NCBI RefSeq assembly: GCF_018350175.1
Contig: NC_058373.1
Span: 116,934,001-116,998,000, forward strand
DNA: 64,000 nt
Source of the DNA: Felis catus
Taxonomy: Eukaryota
Direction of reading: 5' to 3'
Part shown: piece by piece, positions 22,636 through 34,430 of the stretch
How the letters are laid out: each line of letters opens with the position of its first letter
Position numbering within the stretch: the stretch's first letter is position 1
The notes under the pieces: generated by a model
Told to the model about the DNA's origin: nothing
What the model saw: only the letters and a program-made list of their open reading frames with translations
Database searches by the model: none
Made by a program: the position numbers and the translations under genes

Positions 22636-22844
22636 TTTTTTTTTTTTAATGTTTATTTATTTTTGAGAGAGAAACAGAGTGTGAGCAGGGGAAGGGCAGA
22701 GAGAGAGCCACACACAGAATCTGAAGCAGGCTCCAGGCTCTGAGCTGTCAGCACAGCCCCACGCGGGGCTTGAACCCATGAGCTGTGAGATCATGATCTG
22801 AGCTGAAGTCGGATGCTCAACAGACTGAGCCACCCAGGCGCCCC
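22636..22844 (-). mobile_element. Can-SINE
   Basis: TSD ctaggtattttattctttt. Confidence 0.94.
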
Positions 22845-22942
22845 TAGGTATTTTATTCTTTTTGATGCTATTGCAAATGGAATTGTATTTTTAATTTTAT
22901 TTTTGGATTGTTCAATGCAAGTGTACAGAAATATAAATTGAT

Positions 22943-23155
22943 TTTTTTTTTAATTTTTTTTCAACGTTTAATTTTTTTGGGACAGAGAGAGCATGAACGG
23001 GGGAGGGGCAGAGAGAGAGTGAGACACAGAGTCAGAAACAGGCTCCAGGCTCTGAGCCATCAGCCCAGAGCCCAACGCGGGGCTCGAACTCACGGACCGC
23101 GATCGTGACCTGGCTGAAGTCAGACGCTTAACCGACTGCGCCACCCAGGCGCCCC
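22943..23155 (-). mobile_element. Young felid SINEC_Fc
   Basis: Diagnostic gagccatcagcccagagccc...gaccgcgatcgtgacctggctgaagtc; TSD tataaattgattttt. Confidence 0.95.
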
Positions 23156-23170
23156 TATAAATTGATTTTT

Positions 23171-23291
23171 AAAAAAATGTTTATTTATTGGGGTACACTC
23201 ATGTGTTTATCTCTTCTGTTAAAAAATTGTGTTTAATGTTTATTTATTCATTTTGAGGGAGAGAGAGATAGAGCATGAGCAGGAGAGGGGC

Positions 23292-23322
<31 letters not shown>

Positions 23323-23451
23323 GAATCACAAGCAGGCTCCATGCTGTCAGTGCAGAGCCAACGCAGGGCTCAAACTCGTGAACTATGAGATCATGACCTG
23401 AGCCAAAATCGAGAGTTGGATGTTTAACTTCCTGAGTCACCCAGGTGTCCC
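23171..23451 (-). mobile_element. Older Can-SINE with extended 3' tail
   Basis: gagccaaaatcgagagttgg-type head; TSD agaaata(t/g)aaattg(a/g)tttt. Confidence 0.9.
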
Positions 23452-24288
23452 TAGAAATAGAAATTGGTTTTTATATATTGATCTTATATCCTGCAGCTTT
23501 GCTGAATTTATTTATTAATTCTAATACTTTTTTTTTAGTGAATTCTTTATGGTTTTCTATACACAAGGTCATCTCATGTCCACATAGAGATAGTTTTACC
23601 TATTTCTTTCCAACATGGATTCCTTTTATTTATTTTTCTTGCATAATTGCTCTGGTTATAACCTGTGGTACAATGTTGAATAGAAGTGGCAAAAAAGGAC
23701 ATTCTTATTTTGGTCCTCATTTTAGGAGGAAAGCATTCAGTTTTTCACCCCTCAGTGAGATGTGAACAATTGTTTTTTCACATATTCCATATTTCAGATT
23801 AAGGAAATTCCCTTCTAGTTCCAGTTTACTGAGCGTGTTTATCATGAAATATTTTTAAATTTATTCAAATTTTTATTCTTCATCTATTGAGATGATCATG
23901 TAGTGTTTATCCTTAGTCTATTGACGTGTTGTAGTATATGAACTGATTTTTGGATGTTAAACCAACCTTGAACTTCTGGGATAAATCACACTTGATCTTA
24001 GTGTATAATCGGTTATATGCTGCTGGATTGGTTTGGTAATATTTTCTTGAGGGTTTTTATGTCCATATTTATAAGAGATATTGATCATCGTTTCTTGTGC
24101 TGTATTTATTTGCTTTTGATATTGGGTAATACTAGCCTCAAAGCATGGGTTGGGAAGTAGTTTCTCCTCTTCTATATTTTGGAAGAGTTTGAGAAGTATT
24201 GGTGTTAATTTTTCCTTAAATGTTTCGTAGAATTCAGCGGTGAGGCTATTTGGGCCTGGAATTTTCTTCGTGGGTAGGTTTTTAAAAA

Positions 24289-24502
24289 TTTTTTTTTTCA
24301 ACGTTTTATTTATTTTTGGGACAGAGAGAGACAGAGCATGAACGGGGGAAGGGCAGAGAGAGAGGGAGACACAGAATTGGAAACAGGCTCCAGGCTCTGA
24401 GCCATCAGCCCAGAGCCCCATGCGGGGCTCGAACTCACGGACCCCGAGATCATGACCTGGCTGAAGTCGGACGCTCAACCGACTGCGCCACCCAGGCGCC
24501 CC
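24289..24502 (-). mobile_element. Young felid SINEC_Fc
   Basis: Diagnostic sequence; TSD taaaaatttt. Confidence 0.95.
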
Positions 24503-24985
24503 TAAAAATTTTATTACTAATTCAATCTCTTTACTTGTTTCAAGTCTATTTATATTATATTCATATTTTGTTTCTTCTTGAGTAAGTTTTAGTAATTTAT
24601 GTCTTTCTAGAAATTTTCCTATTTGATCTAGGATATCTAATTTGTTGGTAGACAGTTGCTAATAATATTCTCTTATAAACCTTTTTGCTTCTATAATGTT
24701 CATAGTAATGTTCCTCTTCATTCCTGATTTTAATAGAGTCTTCTCTCTTTTTTTTTTTTTTTCTATGCCAGTCTAGTGAAAGGTTTGCATTTGTGTTGAT
24801 CTTTTCAAAGAACCAAGTTTTGGGCTTATTGATTTTCACTATTGCTTTTCTATTCTCTCTTTTGTTTATTTCTGCTCGAATCTTTACTATATTCTTCCTT
24901 CTGCTTACTTTGCATTTAGCTGCTTTTCTTTTTCCATTGTCTTGAGAAGGAAAGCTGTGTCATTGATTTTTAGATCTTTCTTTTT

Positions 24986-25308
24986 TGTAAAATAAACTTT
25001 ATTTGTAGAACTGTCCCATATTTATAGAAAAATTGAACAGATAGCACAGAAGTGTCTCAAATATCTCCACCCAGTTTTCCTATTAACATCTTTCATTAAT
25101 AAAATACACTTGTTATAATTAATGATCCATAATGTATATAGTGTAATGATACAAAATTAATAATGTATCGATATTGGATCATTAATAATGTATCAATAAT
25201 TGTACCTTATAATTGTACATTAATAATTTATTAATTATTGTACATTAATAATGTATTGATAATGTTCTTAGTTTATTTATATGTTTAAAATTTCAACCTA
25301 ATGTCCTC
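24986..25308 (-). mobile_element. L1MC/L1MD-type 3'UTR, continues at 27054-27470
   Basis: atttatagaaaaattgaacagatagcacaga...; split by a second L1 with TSD cctaatgtcctc. Confidence 0.65.
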
Positions 25309-25346
25309 TTTACATTTAAATTTTATTTTACTTAAAAATTTGTAAA

Positions 25347-25560
25347 GGGGTGCCTGGGTAGCTCAGTTGGTTAAGTGTCTGACTCTTGGTTTCAGCTCAG
25401 ATCATGATCCCGTGGGTCCAGAGTTCAAGCCCCCCATTGGACTCCATGCTGACAGTGCAGAGGCTGCTTGGGATTCTCTCTCTTTCTCCCTCTTTCTCTG
25501 TCCCTCCCCTGTTCTCGCCCTCTCTCTCAAAATAAATAAATTAAAAAAATTAAAATAACA
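25347..25560 (+). mobile_element. Older Can-SINE
   Basis: TSD taaaaatttgtaaa. Confidence 0.93.
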
Positions 25561-25574
25561 TAAAAATTTGTAAA

Positions 25575-26800
25575 GAAGGCTTACTTTGTTTTAGAGCAGT
25601 TTTAGGTTCACAGCAAAATTAAAAGGAACATATAGAAATTTCCCCTATACTGCCTCCCCTCACACAGACAGCCTCTTCCATTATCAACATCCTCCACCAG
25701 AGTGGCACATTTGTTACAATTGATGAAACCGCACTGACACATCATAATCACCTAAAGTCCATTGTTTTAGGGTTCACTCTTGTGTTGTACATTATATGGG
25801 TTTAGACAAACATATAATGACATGTATCTACCATAATAGTGCCAAACAGGATAATTTCACTACTCTAAAAATGCTCTGTGTTCTGCCTATTCCTCCTTCC
25901 CACTTCACTCCTAAATCCAGTGACCCCTGAACTTTTTAATGTCTACGCAGTTTTGCCTTTTCCAGAATGTCCTACAGTTGGAATCATACAGTGTGTAGGC
26001 CTTCAGAGAGTTTTCTTCTCACTTAGTAAGATGCACTGAAGTTTTCTCCCTGTCTTTTCATGGCTTGACAGCTTGTTTTTGATGCTGAATGATAGTCCAC
26101 TGCCTGAGTGTGCCACAGTTTACTTATCTTACCCGAAGGATCTCTTGGTCGCCTCCAAGTTTTGGCAGTTATGAATAAAATTACCGTAAACATCTGTTAA
26201 GTTTTTTGCACGTAGTTTTTCATTCCTTTTGGTAAATATCAAGGAGTGTAATTGCTGGATCATATGGTAAGAACATGTTTAGTTTTGTAAGAAACAGCCA
26301 AATTGTCCTCCAATGTAGTATCATTTTGCCTTCAGACCAGCAATGAATGAGAGTTCCTGCTGCTCCATAGCCTCACTAGCATTTGGTGTTGCCGGTGTTC
26401 TGGATTTTGGCCATTCTAATAGGTATATAGTGGTATCTCATTGCTGATTTAATTTTCATTTGCTTGAGGACATATGATGGGAGCATCTTGCATATGCTTA
26501 TTTGCAACCTGTATATCTCCTTTGTTGAGGTAGCTGTTAAGATCTTTGGCCCACTTTTGTTTTGTTTTAAAGTTTATATCTCTACACCCAATGTGGGGCT
26601 CACACAACCCCGAGATCAAGAGTTGCATGCTCTTCTGATTGAGTCAGTCATGTGGCCCCGGCCCTGTTTTTAATTGGGTAGTTTGTTTTCTTATTGGTGA
26701 GTTTTAAGAGTTCTTTGTATAAACTTTGGATAATAGTCCTTTATTAGACATGTCTTTTGCAGATATTTTCTCCCAGCCTGTGGCTTGTTTTCTCCTTCTC
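25575..26800 (-). mobile_element. L1MC-like 3' end and ORF2 end, with a short SINE at about 26555-26660
   Basis: ttttagagcagttttaggttcacagcaaaatt 3' end; gccattctaataggtatatagtggtatctcatt. Confidence 0.8.
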
Positions 26801-26804
26801 TTAA

Positions 26805-27033
26805 ATTTTTTTTAATGTTTATTTATTTTTGAAGAAAAGAGAGACAAAGTGTGTGTGTGTGGGGGGGGGGTGGGGGGGTTGGGCAGAGAGAGAGGGAGAC
26901 ACAGAATCCGAAGCAGGCTCCAGGCTCTGAGCTGTCAGCACAGAGCCCGATGCAGGGCTCGAGCCCACAGACCAACAGATCATGACCCGAGCCGAAGTTG
27001 GACGCTCAACCAACTGAGCCACCCAGGCGCCCC
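26805..27033 (-). mobile_element. Can-SINE
   Basis: Full length; (GT)n/poly(G) in the CT-tract position. Confidence 0.93.
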
Positions 27034-27053
27034 ATTGTCCTCTCCTTCTCTTG

Positions 27054-27470
27054 ACCTAATGTCCTCCTTATGTTCTAGGATCCTATCTGGGATACTACGT
27101 TGTATCTGTCGTGTCTCCTTAGGCTCTCCTAGCAACTGACAGTTTCTCACACTTTCCTTCTTGGTGGTGATCTTAACAATTTTGAGGATCCTGTTCAGGC
27201 ATATTGTAGGATGTCCCTCTGTTGGAACTTGTCTCATGTTTTTCTCTTGACTACACTGGGCTATGGGTTTTTAGGAGGCAAATCAGAGGTAAAGTGTCAT
27301 TTCCACCATATCCAATTAAGAGTACATACTATTCACATGCTTTATAACTATTGATATTGATCACCCGGATGAGGCAGATTTCCCCACTGTGAAGTTACTC
27401 GTTTACCTCCTTCCCACACGGTACTCTTTAGAAGACAGTCCCTATATATAACCCACCTTTCAGGAATGGG
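27054..27470 (-). mobile_element. L1MC/L1MD-type 3'UTR continuation
   Basis: ttctaggatcctatctgggatac...gtctccttaggctctcc. Confidence 0.65.
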
Positions 27471-27779
27471 ATTTATGCTCCCCCTCTTCTATTTATTTTT
27501 TTCCCCAAGTTTTTATTTAAATTCCAGTTACTTAACATATGGTGTAATATTACTGTACAGGTGTACGATCTTACTCCAGGTATACAATATGGTGATTCAA
27601 CACTTCCCTACAGCACCCAGTGCTGTTCACAGCAAGTGCGCCTATTTAACCCATCCCCTCCCCCCCCACCTTCCCTCGGGCAACAACCAGTTTGTTCTCT
27701 ATAGTTAAGGGTCCGTTTCTTGGTTTGCCTCTTTCCCCTCCCCCACCACCATGGTCACCATTTTGTTTCTTAAAAAAAA

Positions 27780-27991
27780 TTTTTTTAACGTTTTATTTAT
27801 TTTTGAGACAGAGAGAGACAGAGCATGAATGGGGGAGGGGCAGAGAGAGAGGGAGACACAGAATCGGAAGCAGGCTCCAGGCTCTGAGCCATCAGCCCAG
27901 AGCCCGACGCGGGGCTTCAACTCACAGACCGCGAGATCGTGACCTGAGCTGAAGTCCGACGCTTAACCGACTGCGCCACCCAGGCGCCCCC
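27780..27991 (-). mobile_element. Felid SINEC_Fc
   Basis: TSD ccattttgtttcttaaa. Confidence 0.95.
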
Positions 27992-28247
27992 CATTTTGTT
28001 TCTTAAATTCCACATAGGAGTGAAATCATAGGGTATTTGTCTTTCTCTGACTGATTTTGCTTAGCATAATACTCCTCAGCTCCATCTCCATCATTGCAAA
28101 TGGCAAGATCTCATTCTTTTTTATGGCTGAGTAATATTCCATTGCATATATAGACCACATCTTTATCCATTAATCAGTTGATGGACACTTGGGTTTTTCC
28201 CATAATGCAGCTATTGTAGATAATGCTGCTATAAAGTCAGGGTGCAT

Positions 28248-28457
28248 GGTGGTACCTGGGTGGCTCAGTCGATGGAGCTTCCGACTTCAGCTCAGGTCAT
28301 GATCTCACAGTTCATGAGTTGGAGCCCCATGTTGAGCCCTGTGCTGACAGCTCAGAGCCTGAAGCCTCCTTTGGATTCTGTGTCTCCCTCTGTCTCTCTC
28401 TCCCCCTCCCCTGCTCATGCTCTGTCTCTCAAAAATAAACATTAAAATTAAAAAAAA
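28248..28457 (+). mobile_element. Can-SINE
   Basis: Head, CT tract and tail; TSD around tcag(g)gtgcatg. Confidence 0.92.
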
Positions 28458-28559
28458 TCAGGTGCATGTATCCTTTCGAATTAGTATTTTTGTATCCTTT
28501 GGGTAAATATCTAGTAGCGCAGTTGCTGGATCATAGGGTCGTTCTATTTTTAAGTTAAA

Positions 28560-28771
28560 AATTTTTTTAAATGTTTATTTATTTTGGAGAGAGACAGAGA
28601 CAGAGTGTGAGCAGGGGAGGGGCAGAGAGAGAGGGAGACACAGAATCTGAAGCAGGCTCCAGGCTCTGAACTGTCAGCACATAGTCCAACATGGGGCTTG
28701 AACCTACAAACTGCCAGATCATGACCTGAGCCAAAGTCGGATGCTTAACTGACTGAGCCACCCAGGCACCT
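28560..28771 (-). mobile_element. Can-SINE
   Basis: Full-length antisense copy. Confidence 0.93.
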
Positions 28772-29002
28772 CTGTTTTTAACTTTTTGACGAACCTCCAT
28801 ACTGTTCTCCAGAGTGGCTGCACATGGTCCCTTTTAGAGTGGAGTGTCTGTATATGTTACTTGTATTTTTTTCTACATTTGTCATTTATTAATGGAGATT
28901 AAGGAGATTTGTCATTTATTAAGGATATTTGTCATTGATTAATGTATTCAGTAACTTATTTGTGTCAGTAGGACTGATATACATTTATTTTACTCTTTCT
29001 TC

Positions 29003-29212
29003 TTTTTTTAACGTTTATTTATTTTTGAGACAGAGAGAGACAGAGCATGAACGGGGGCGGGGCAGAGAGAGAGGGAGACACAGAATCGGAAGCAGGCTCC
29101 AGGCTCCGAGCCATCAGCCCAGAGCCCGACGCGGGGCTCGAACTCACGGACCGCGAGATCGTGACCTGAGTCGAAGTCGGACGCTTAACCCACTGAGCCA
29201 CCCAGGTGCCCC
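29003..29212 (-). mobile_element. Felid SINEC_Fc
   Basis: TSD tactctttcttctt. Confidence 0.95.
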
Positions 29213-30074
29213 TACTCTTTCTTCTTAAAAAGAAGAATGTAGGTGTTTATAGCTACGAAATTCCTCCGAAGCACTACTTAGCTGCATTCCATATGTACAA
29301 ACTGGGTTTTTAACCAATTCCTGAGCAAGTCCTTCAGAGCAACTATTTGCTAGTTACGTCTTGGTGCTGAGCCAAAACTTAGACCGAGTGCCATTTCAAC
29401 ACCTTGATACACTCACAACAAGGTTCTTTGGCGCTTTCCCAACAACCTCCTTTATTATGAAATGCAATAGACTTGCATTTACTTCACATTTCTGTGATAA
29501 TACGCAAAGTTCCAGGGCAGGAAGTATTGTGTGGTTGGGAATTGCCAGAATGAGAAGTTACAATTCTAATGTTCACGTTAAACTACGTTTAGTTTAATTT
29601 AAGTATACCCCTGGGCCAGTTTCACAGCTGGAATTTCAGTTAGGCAGAGGAAACAGACCTATCTCTTCTAAATTATCTGGTTAACTTAGACAAGGACATG
29701 TGTTTAGATGTAGCGGTATGGAGAGAGGGGATGGAAAATGGAGGCAGGAAATACTTGGCGATAGTTGAGTTTGGCTCATAATCCAGAAGGGAGCCCAGAC
29801 AGCAACCAAGGGCAAAACTCGCAGGAAGTCACAGCGACTTCAGGAGCACGGTAGTTGGAAACTTCTTATTGGCACAAAACCAAAAAACGTAGCTTATTTG
29901 AAGTAGGAGTACTCTGGCCCACTTCCTTGTTTCTTGTCTCTGAAATAAACTGAAGTTGGCCTTTGGCTCCCAGAAGCCTGATATCCCAGGACTGATTGCT
30001 GGGGAAGCTGGTTATCTACTGAGGAAAGATACAGCCTTTGAGGCTTCCCAGGGCTGTGATACAATCATACCAGC

Positions 30075-30215
30075 CCCAGTTCTTAACTCTAGCTCTATAA
30101 CTTGCTCTGGGACCTTGAGTACTCCCCTCAACCTCCCTGACCCTCACTTGCCTCATCTAGAAAATGAGACTGAAAGGGACGGAGAGAATGATTTCTAGAG
30201 TCCCTGCCGACTCTA
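30075..30215 (+). mobile_element. MIR/MIR3
   Basis: ctctgggaccttgagtac...cctcacttgcctcatctagaaaatgag. Confidence 0.6.
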
Positions 30216-32021
30216 AATCTCTACGATAGATGTCCTGGCTGGTCTTAACTCATCTTGCGTTATAAAATGACCCCAAGATAAACAGAGTACTAACCTGGTA
30301 TTCTCTTCCTATTTTTTTTTTCCCCTCTCCCCATCCTTGCTTGTGCCATTCTTCTGTATATTTATCCAAATACCAAACTCTCCCTTAAACTTTACCCTGG
30401 GACGGAATTGAAAAAGACGTGCTGCTTCCCTTACATCTATGTTTAATAAGATAGAATGACTGTTTTGATTAGGGAGGAAAGGCCTCTTGAGAGCTCAGCA
30501 AAGGAAAATAGTTCTGGAGGGCATGCCCCAATTATGTTTTCATCCGGGGCATTTTCAGTTAACAAAAGATAGTTAACGGTAAAATAGAGGCAAAGCAAAT
30601 CCATTTGTGCCCATCTGCATTCTCTTTGCCGGACAGATGCCTAATTCTGGAAGTATCGTGGCAAAAAAAAAAAAAGACTACAAAGAGTGCTGCTGTGATT
30701 CCGTTGGTCAACAGCACACTCCATTCTTTTTAATATTTAGAAGGTTGGGGAAGGGCTCAAACATGGCTAGGTTCCAAGAGCCTCGTTTGGCAAAGGCTCA
30801 GCGAACTTTTCGTTTGTTTCATTTTGCGAAACCCACTGACATAGCTTCTCCGGCTGAAAACATTTCAAAGCAGGGGGAGAGGAAGAAAGAGGAATAATGT
30901 CAGGGATATAGGTCCAGCAATCTGGTTTAGGTCAGAGATGGCCTAGAGGCAGTAAGAAGAGCACTGGATTCAGAGTCAAAGGCTGGTTCCCAGGCTGCCT
31001 ACACCCTCAGTCTCTGGGCCTCTTCAACCAAAGCACAGAACTACAGCTAATACTTGCCTCACGGGATGACCAACAAAAGATGTGTTAAAGTGCTCTGAAA
31101 ACCACAGCAACTTGTTGGCCGTTGTCGCGAGGAGGCCGTGCTCCGTAGAAACAGGATGGCGAGGGCTGTGGGGATTTGTACCCCATCCCTTCCACAAGTG
31201 TCTCTTCCTGCAGAGACAGACTCGTAACCAGTGAGGCAGGGCCCCACGGGCCCTTACCAAAGGGAGGTCAGGGGAACCAGCCTTAGGGACTCAGGCAGGG
31301 GAGTTACTAGAAGACTTTGTGATGCTGCAGGGAAAGGCTAGCACACCCCAGTGGCTCAGGGGAGGGCGGCAGTCCACCTGCTAAGGGCCAGCTTACCTTT
31401 CCTTCCTAGCTAGGATGCACGCTGTACTTGGCGGGATGGTTAAGCCTTCCCTCTCTGAAGGGTTCAGGTAAGCATGCCAAAGAGCTCTAGAGTCAAGGTC
31501 TAGGAGTTGTCATTCCTTTCAGCAGCTCATTGTTTGCTACTCTCTGATGCTCTTGTCCTTTAGAGTGTTTTATTCCTGCCAGCTCCATTGCCCTCTCTAC
31601 CCCCTCTGCGTCCTTCCCTTGGCTTTTCTCTGTCTCTGTCTGTCTCTCTTTCTCACACACACACCCCACTGCCATTTCCCAATCTTCCCTCTCTGGTAGT
31701 TTTCCAACCCTCCTAGAGATATTCATTCCTTCCTATATAATAGAGAAGTCCTGACCCCATATGCTGTGTCTTGGGAAACTCTGGTCACTTGAGTTTCAAT
31801 AGGACAGTAATGGAGGGTTTGCTTTGCTGACTCTAAGTAGTGTGTAGTAGGTGGGAGTGGCAGAGGAATAGCCTGGTTATGGAAAGAAGATGGGATATGA
31901 CACACTTTTCTAATCCAGTTCAGGTTAGGTGCTCCACCAGCCAAAGATGGGTTGAGTTGCCTCCTAAATTAACCTACAAGGAGACTCATCTTGTGTGTTT
32001 CCAGACAAAAGTATGGAAAAT

Positions 32022-32023
<2 letters not shown>

Positions 32024-32068
<45 letters not shown>
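32024..32068. repeat. (TG)n microsatellite
   Basis: About 22 uninterrupted TG units. Confidence 0.97.
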
Positions 32069-32069
<1 letters not shown>

Positions 32070-32096
32070 TGGTGGGGGTGGAGTGAAGAGGGATCT

Positions 32097-32311
32097 TTTT
32101 TTTTTTTTAACGTTTATTTATTTTTGAGACAGAGAGAGACAGAGCATGAACAGGGGAGGGGCAGAGAGAGAGGGAGACACAAAATCTGAAACAGGCTCCA
32201 GGCTCTGAGCTGTCAGTGCAGAGCCTGACGCGGGGCTCGAACCCACGGACCGTGAGATCATGACCTGAGCTGAAGTTGGACGCTTAACCGACCAAGCCAC
32301 CCAGGCGCCCC
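32097..32311 (-). mobile_element. Can-SINE
   Basis: TSD gaagagggatctt. Confidence 0.96.
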
Positions 32312-33299
32312 GAAGAGGGATCTTAATAGCATTCTGTTTTTAAGTAGGATAATTTTTAAAATTTAATTTTGTAACTGTCAACTGGGAGCATGGACAGATA
32401 GTTAAAACTCACTTAAAGTATAAGCTTTAGTGTCCACACGACAATGAGAGACCTTCAGAACAAACTGAAGTAAATGATAATTCAGTAGATTTGGTGTGGT
32501 CTTGAGGCTCCATAATAAATCTGCATAATGAATAGTAGAAACAGCATTACCTAATCCATCACATTTCTCATTGAAAATTTCATTAACTTGACCAAAAGAA
32601 GTTTGCAAATCAAAACATTTCTCCCATACATCATGCAGAATGGAGCAAACCAAACACAGTGACATGTCAAACTCATTAATGGTTTTAGTCCAATCAGAAG
32701 CAAAAATGGGGCTGAATTTAGTCTCTCAATCAGAGCTCAGACGTGTCTTTGGCACATGTAACAATGCATCATCTCAGCTTGGCTGTCTCTTCCTCAGCCG
32801 AAACACCTTCGGTCAGATCTATAACATGGGTCTTGACCAAGTTGTCCCCTATGAAGTGATTCTGAAATCCTGAAAGAAGCTTTAAGCCCTTTTTATTTGC
32901 TTTCCATTGTATTATTTCTCACCCTGACATCTTTTTGTTGCCCACAGAATTTCTGAAACTCATTCAAAATTGCATGATCGGTTTTTACATGTCACCGCAG
33001 TAATGGTTCTTTATGGATCAGTTTTGTCACGCAAGAGTTTTGTCATATCAAAGTTTATGCTCATTTGCACCTTGGCAATTTTAAAGCCCAAGTTTATAAT
33101 AGGCATCTAAGTGCATCCTACACTGCCCATAGCTTACTTGTTATGGTTTTGGAAGTACCATCGTTTTTATAAGAGGGCACCTAAGAAGAGGTAATGAGCA
33201 TGCATCCAGGCAGCATAAGCATAGGCTCATGCACGCACGTGGGCAATGCTCAGAAGCAGCCCACACCAAAGCCATGGCCATGTACCAACAGTCACACCA

Positions 33300-33774
33300 C
33301 ATTATTTAGATCGCCTTACCTCAAAGGTATATATACACAGACGTATGCAAAGAGATACTATTTGGAATTGGTTCAGGTGATTGTGGAGGTTGAGAAGTCC
33401 CACAACCTGTGGCTGGTAAGCTGAAGGCCTCGGAAAGCCGATGGTGTAGTTCCAGTCCCAACCCAAAGTCCTGAGCGGATGTAGATCCTGGCCTGAGTCC
33501 AAAGGCCTAAGAACCAAGAGTGCTGATGTCCTGGCTGAGGCACAGAGCAAGCTCCTCTTTTCTTGTGCTTTTTTTGTGCTCTTCAGACCTTCAGTGGATT
33601 GAAGGGCGTCCACCTGCCTTGGTGAGGATGTTTTCTTTACCCAGTCTACATATTGAAAATGTTAATTAATATCTTCTGGAAACACCCTCACAGACACACC
33701 CAGAAATAATGTTTTGTCAGCTATCTGGGCATCCCTTAGCCCCATCAAGTTGACATATAAAGTTGACCGTCATA
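33300..33774 (-). mobile_element. ERVL solo LTR (MLT2 family)
   Basis: Reverse complement begins ...tatgtcaacttgatggggctaagggatgcccagatagctgacaaaacattatttctgggtgtgtctgtgagggtgtttccagaag, the MLT2 5' signature. Confidence 0.9.
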
Positions 33775-33866
33775 GAGTCTGAGTCTTGACCTTCTCCGTG
33801 GGCATCAGTGCTTTCACTTTGCTCACTGGTAAAAATAGTATATAAACTATTTTTGAACACTGACTT

Positions 33867-34055
33867 TTTTTTTCTTTTTTTTTTTTTGAGAGAGAAAGAG
33901 AGCGTGAGGTGGGGACAGGGGCAGAGGGAGAATCCCAAGCAGGCTCCACACTTAGCAGGGAGCCGGACCCAGGGCTCAATCCCATGATGCTAGGATCATG
34001 ACCTGAGCTGAAATCAAGAGTCAGTCGCTCACCCGACTGGGCCAGCCAGGCGCCC
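33867..34055 (-). mobile_element. Older Can-SINE
   Basis: TSD gaacactgactt. Confidence 0.92.
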
Positions 34056-34234
34056 GAACACTGACTTCTTTAGAGAAAGTTGAAAGCTTGTGCCACACAG
34101 AGCTGTGTGCTCTCTCGGCTGGGACAAGGTGCTCATTAAAATTCTCAGGCAAAGAATTAAACTGTTGTTTGTCTTTGTGGAGAAAACGTTAGACCTTGTG
34201 GCAGAGGTAAAAGCACGCAGAGGAGAATGATTTC

Positions 34235-34430
34235 AATGTTGACCTTGACGATAAAAAGTGACTCACAAGGTTGCCTTTTTGCAGCAGATATTCTTTTCAA
34301 GATTGAACATTCTCATTCAACACAGGCAAAAATAAATTTTTAATTGCACTTGACTTGATCACAAATAAAACTGAAGTTTGAGAACTGGATAAAGGCAGCT
34401 GATTGTGAGGACAGTGAGTCATTCCAGAGT
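34235..34430. promoter_or_regulatory. Candidate enhancer motif cluster
   Basis: TGACTCA 34259, TGAGTCA 34415 overlapping CATTCC, TGACCTTGA 34240, two GATAA; motif evidence only. Confidence 0.3.

Larger units (their letters stand above)
21083..24985 (-). mobile_element. Old L1 (L1MB-like) 3' end and ORF2, antisense, interrupted by SINEs; resumes at about 29225-29295
   Basis: Antisense ORF2 (PGPNSLTAEFYETFKEKLTPILLKLFQNIEEE; KTWFFEKIN); poly(T) at 21083. Confidence 0.9.
27490..28825 (-). mobile_element. Carnivore L1 3' end, interrupted by three SINEs
   Basis: ttttatttaaattccagttacttaacata; aaccagtttgttctctatagttaag; gaacctccatactgttctccagagtggctgcac. Confidence 0.88.

Noticed and set aside
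28875..28945. Short tandem duplication (tttgtcatttattaa x3); similar small duplications at about 12560 and 60615
   Set aside because: Ordinary slippage, mostly within old repeats
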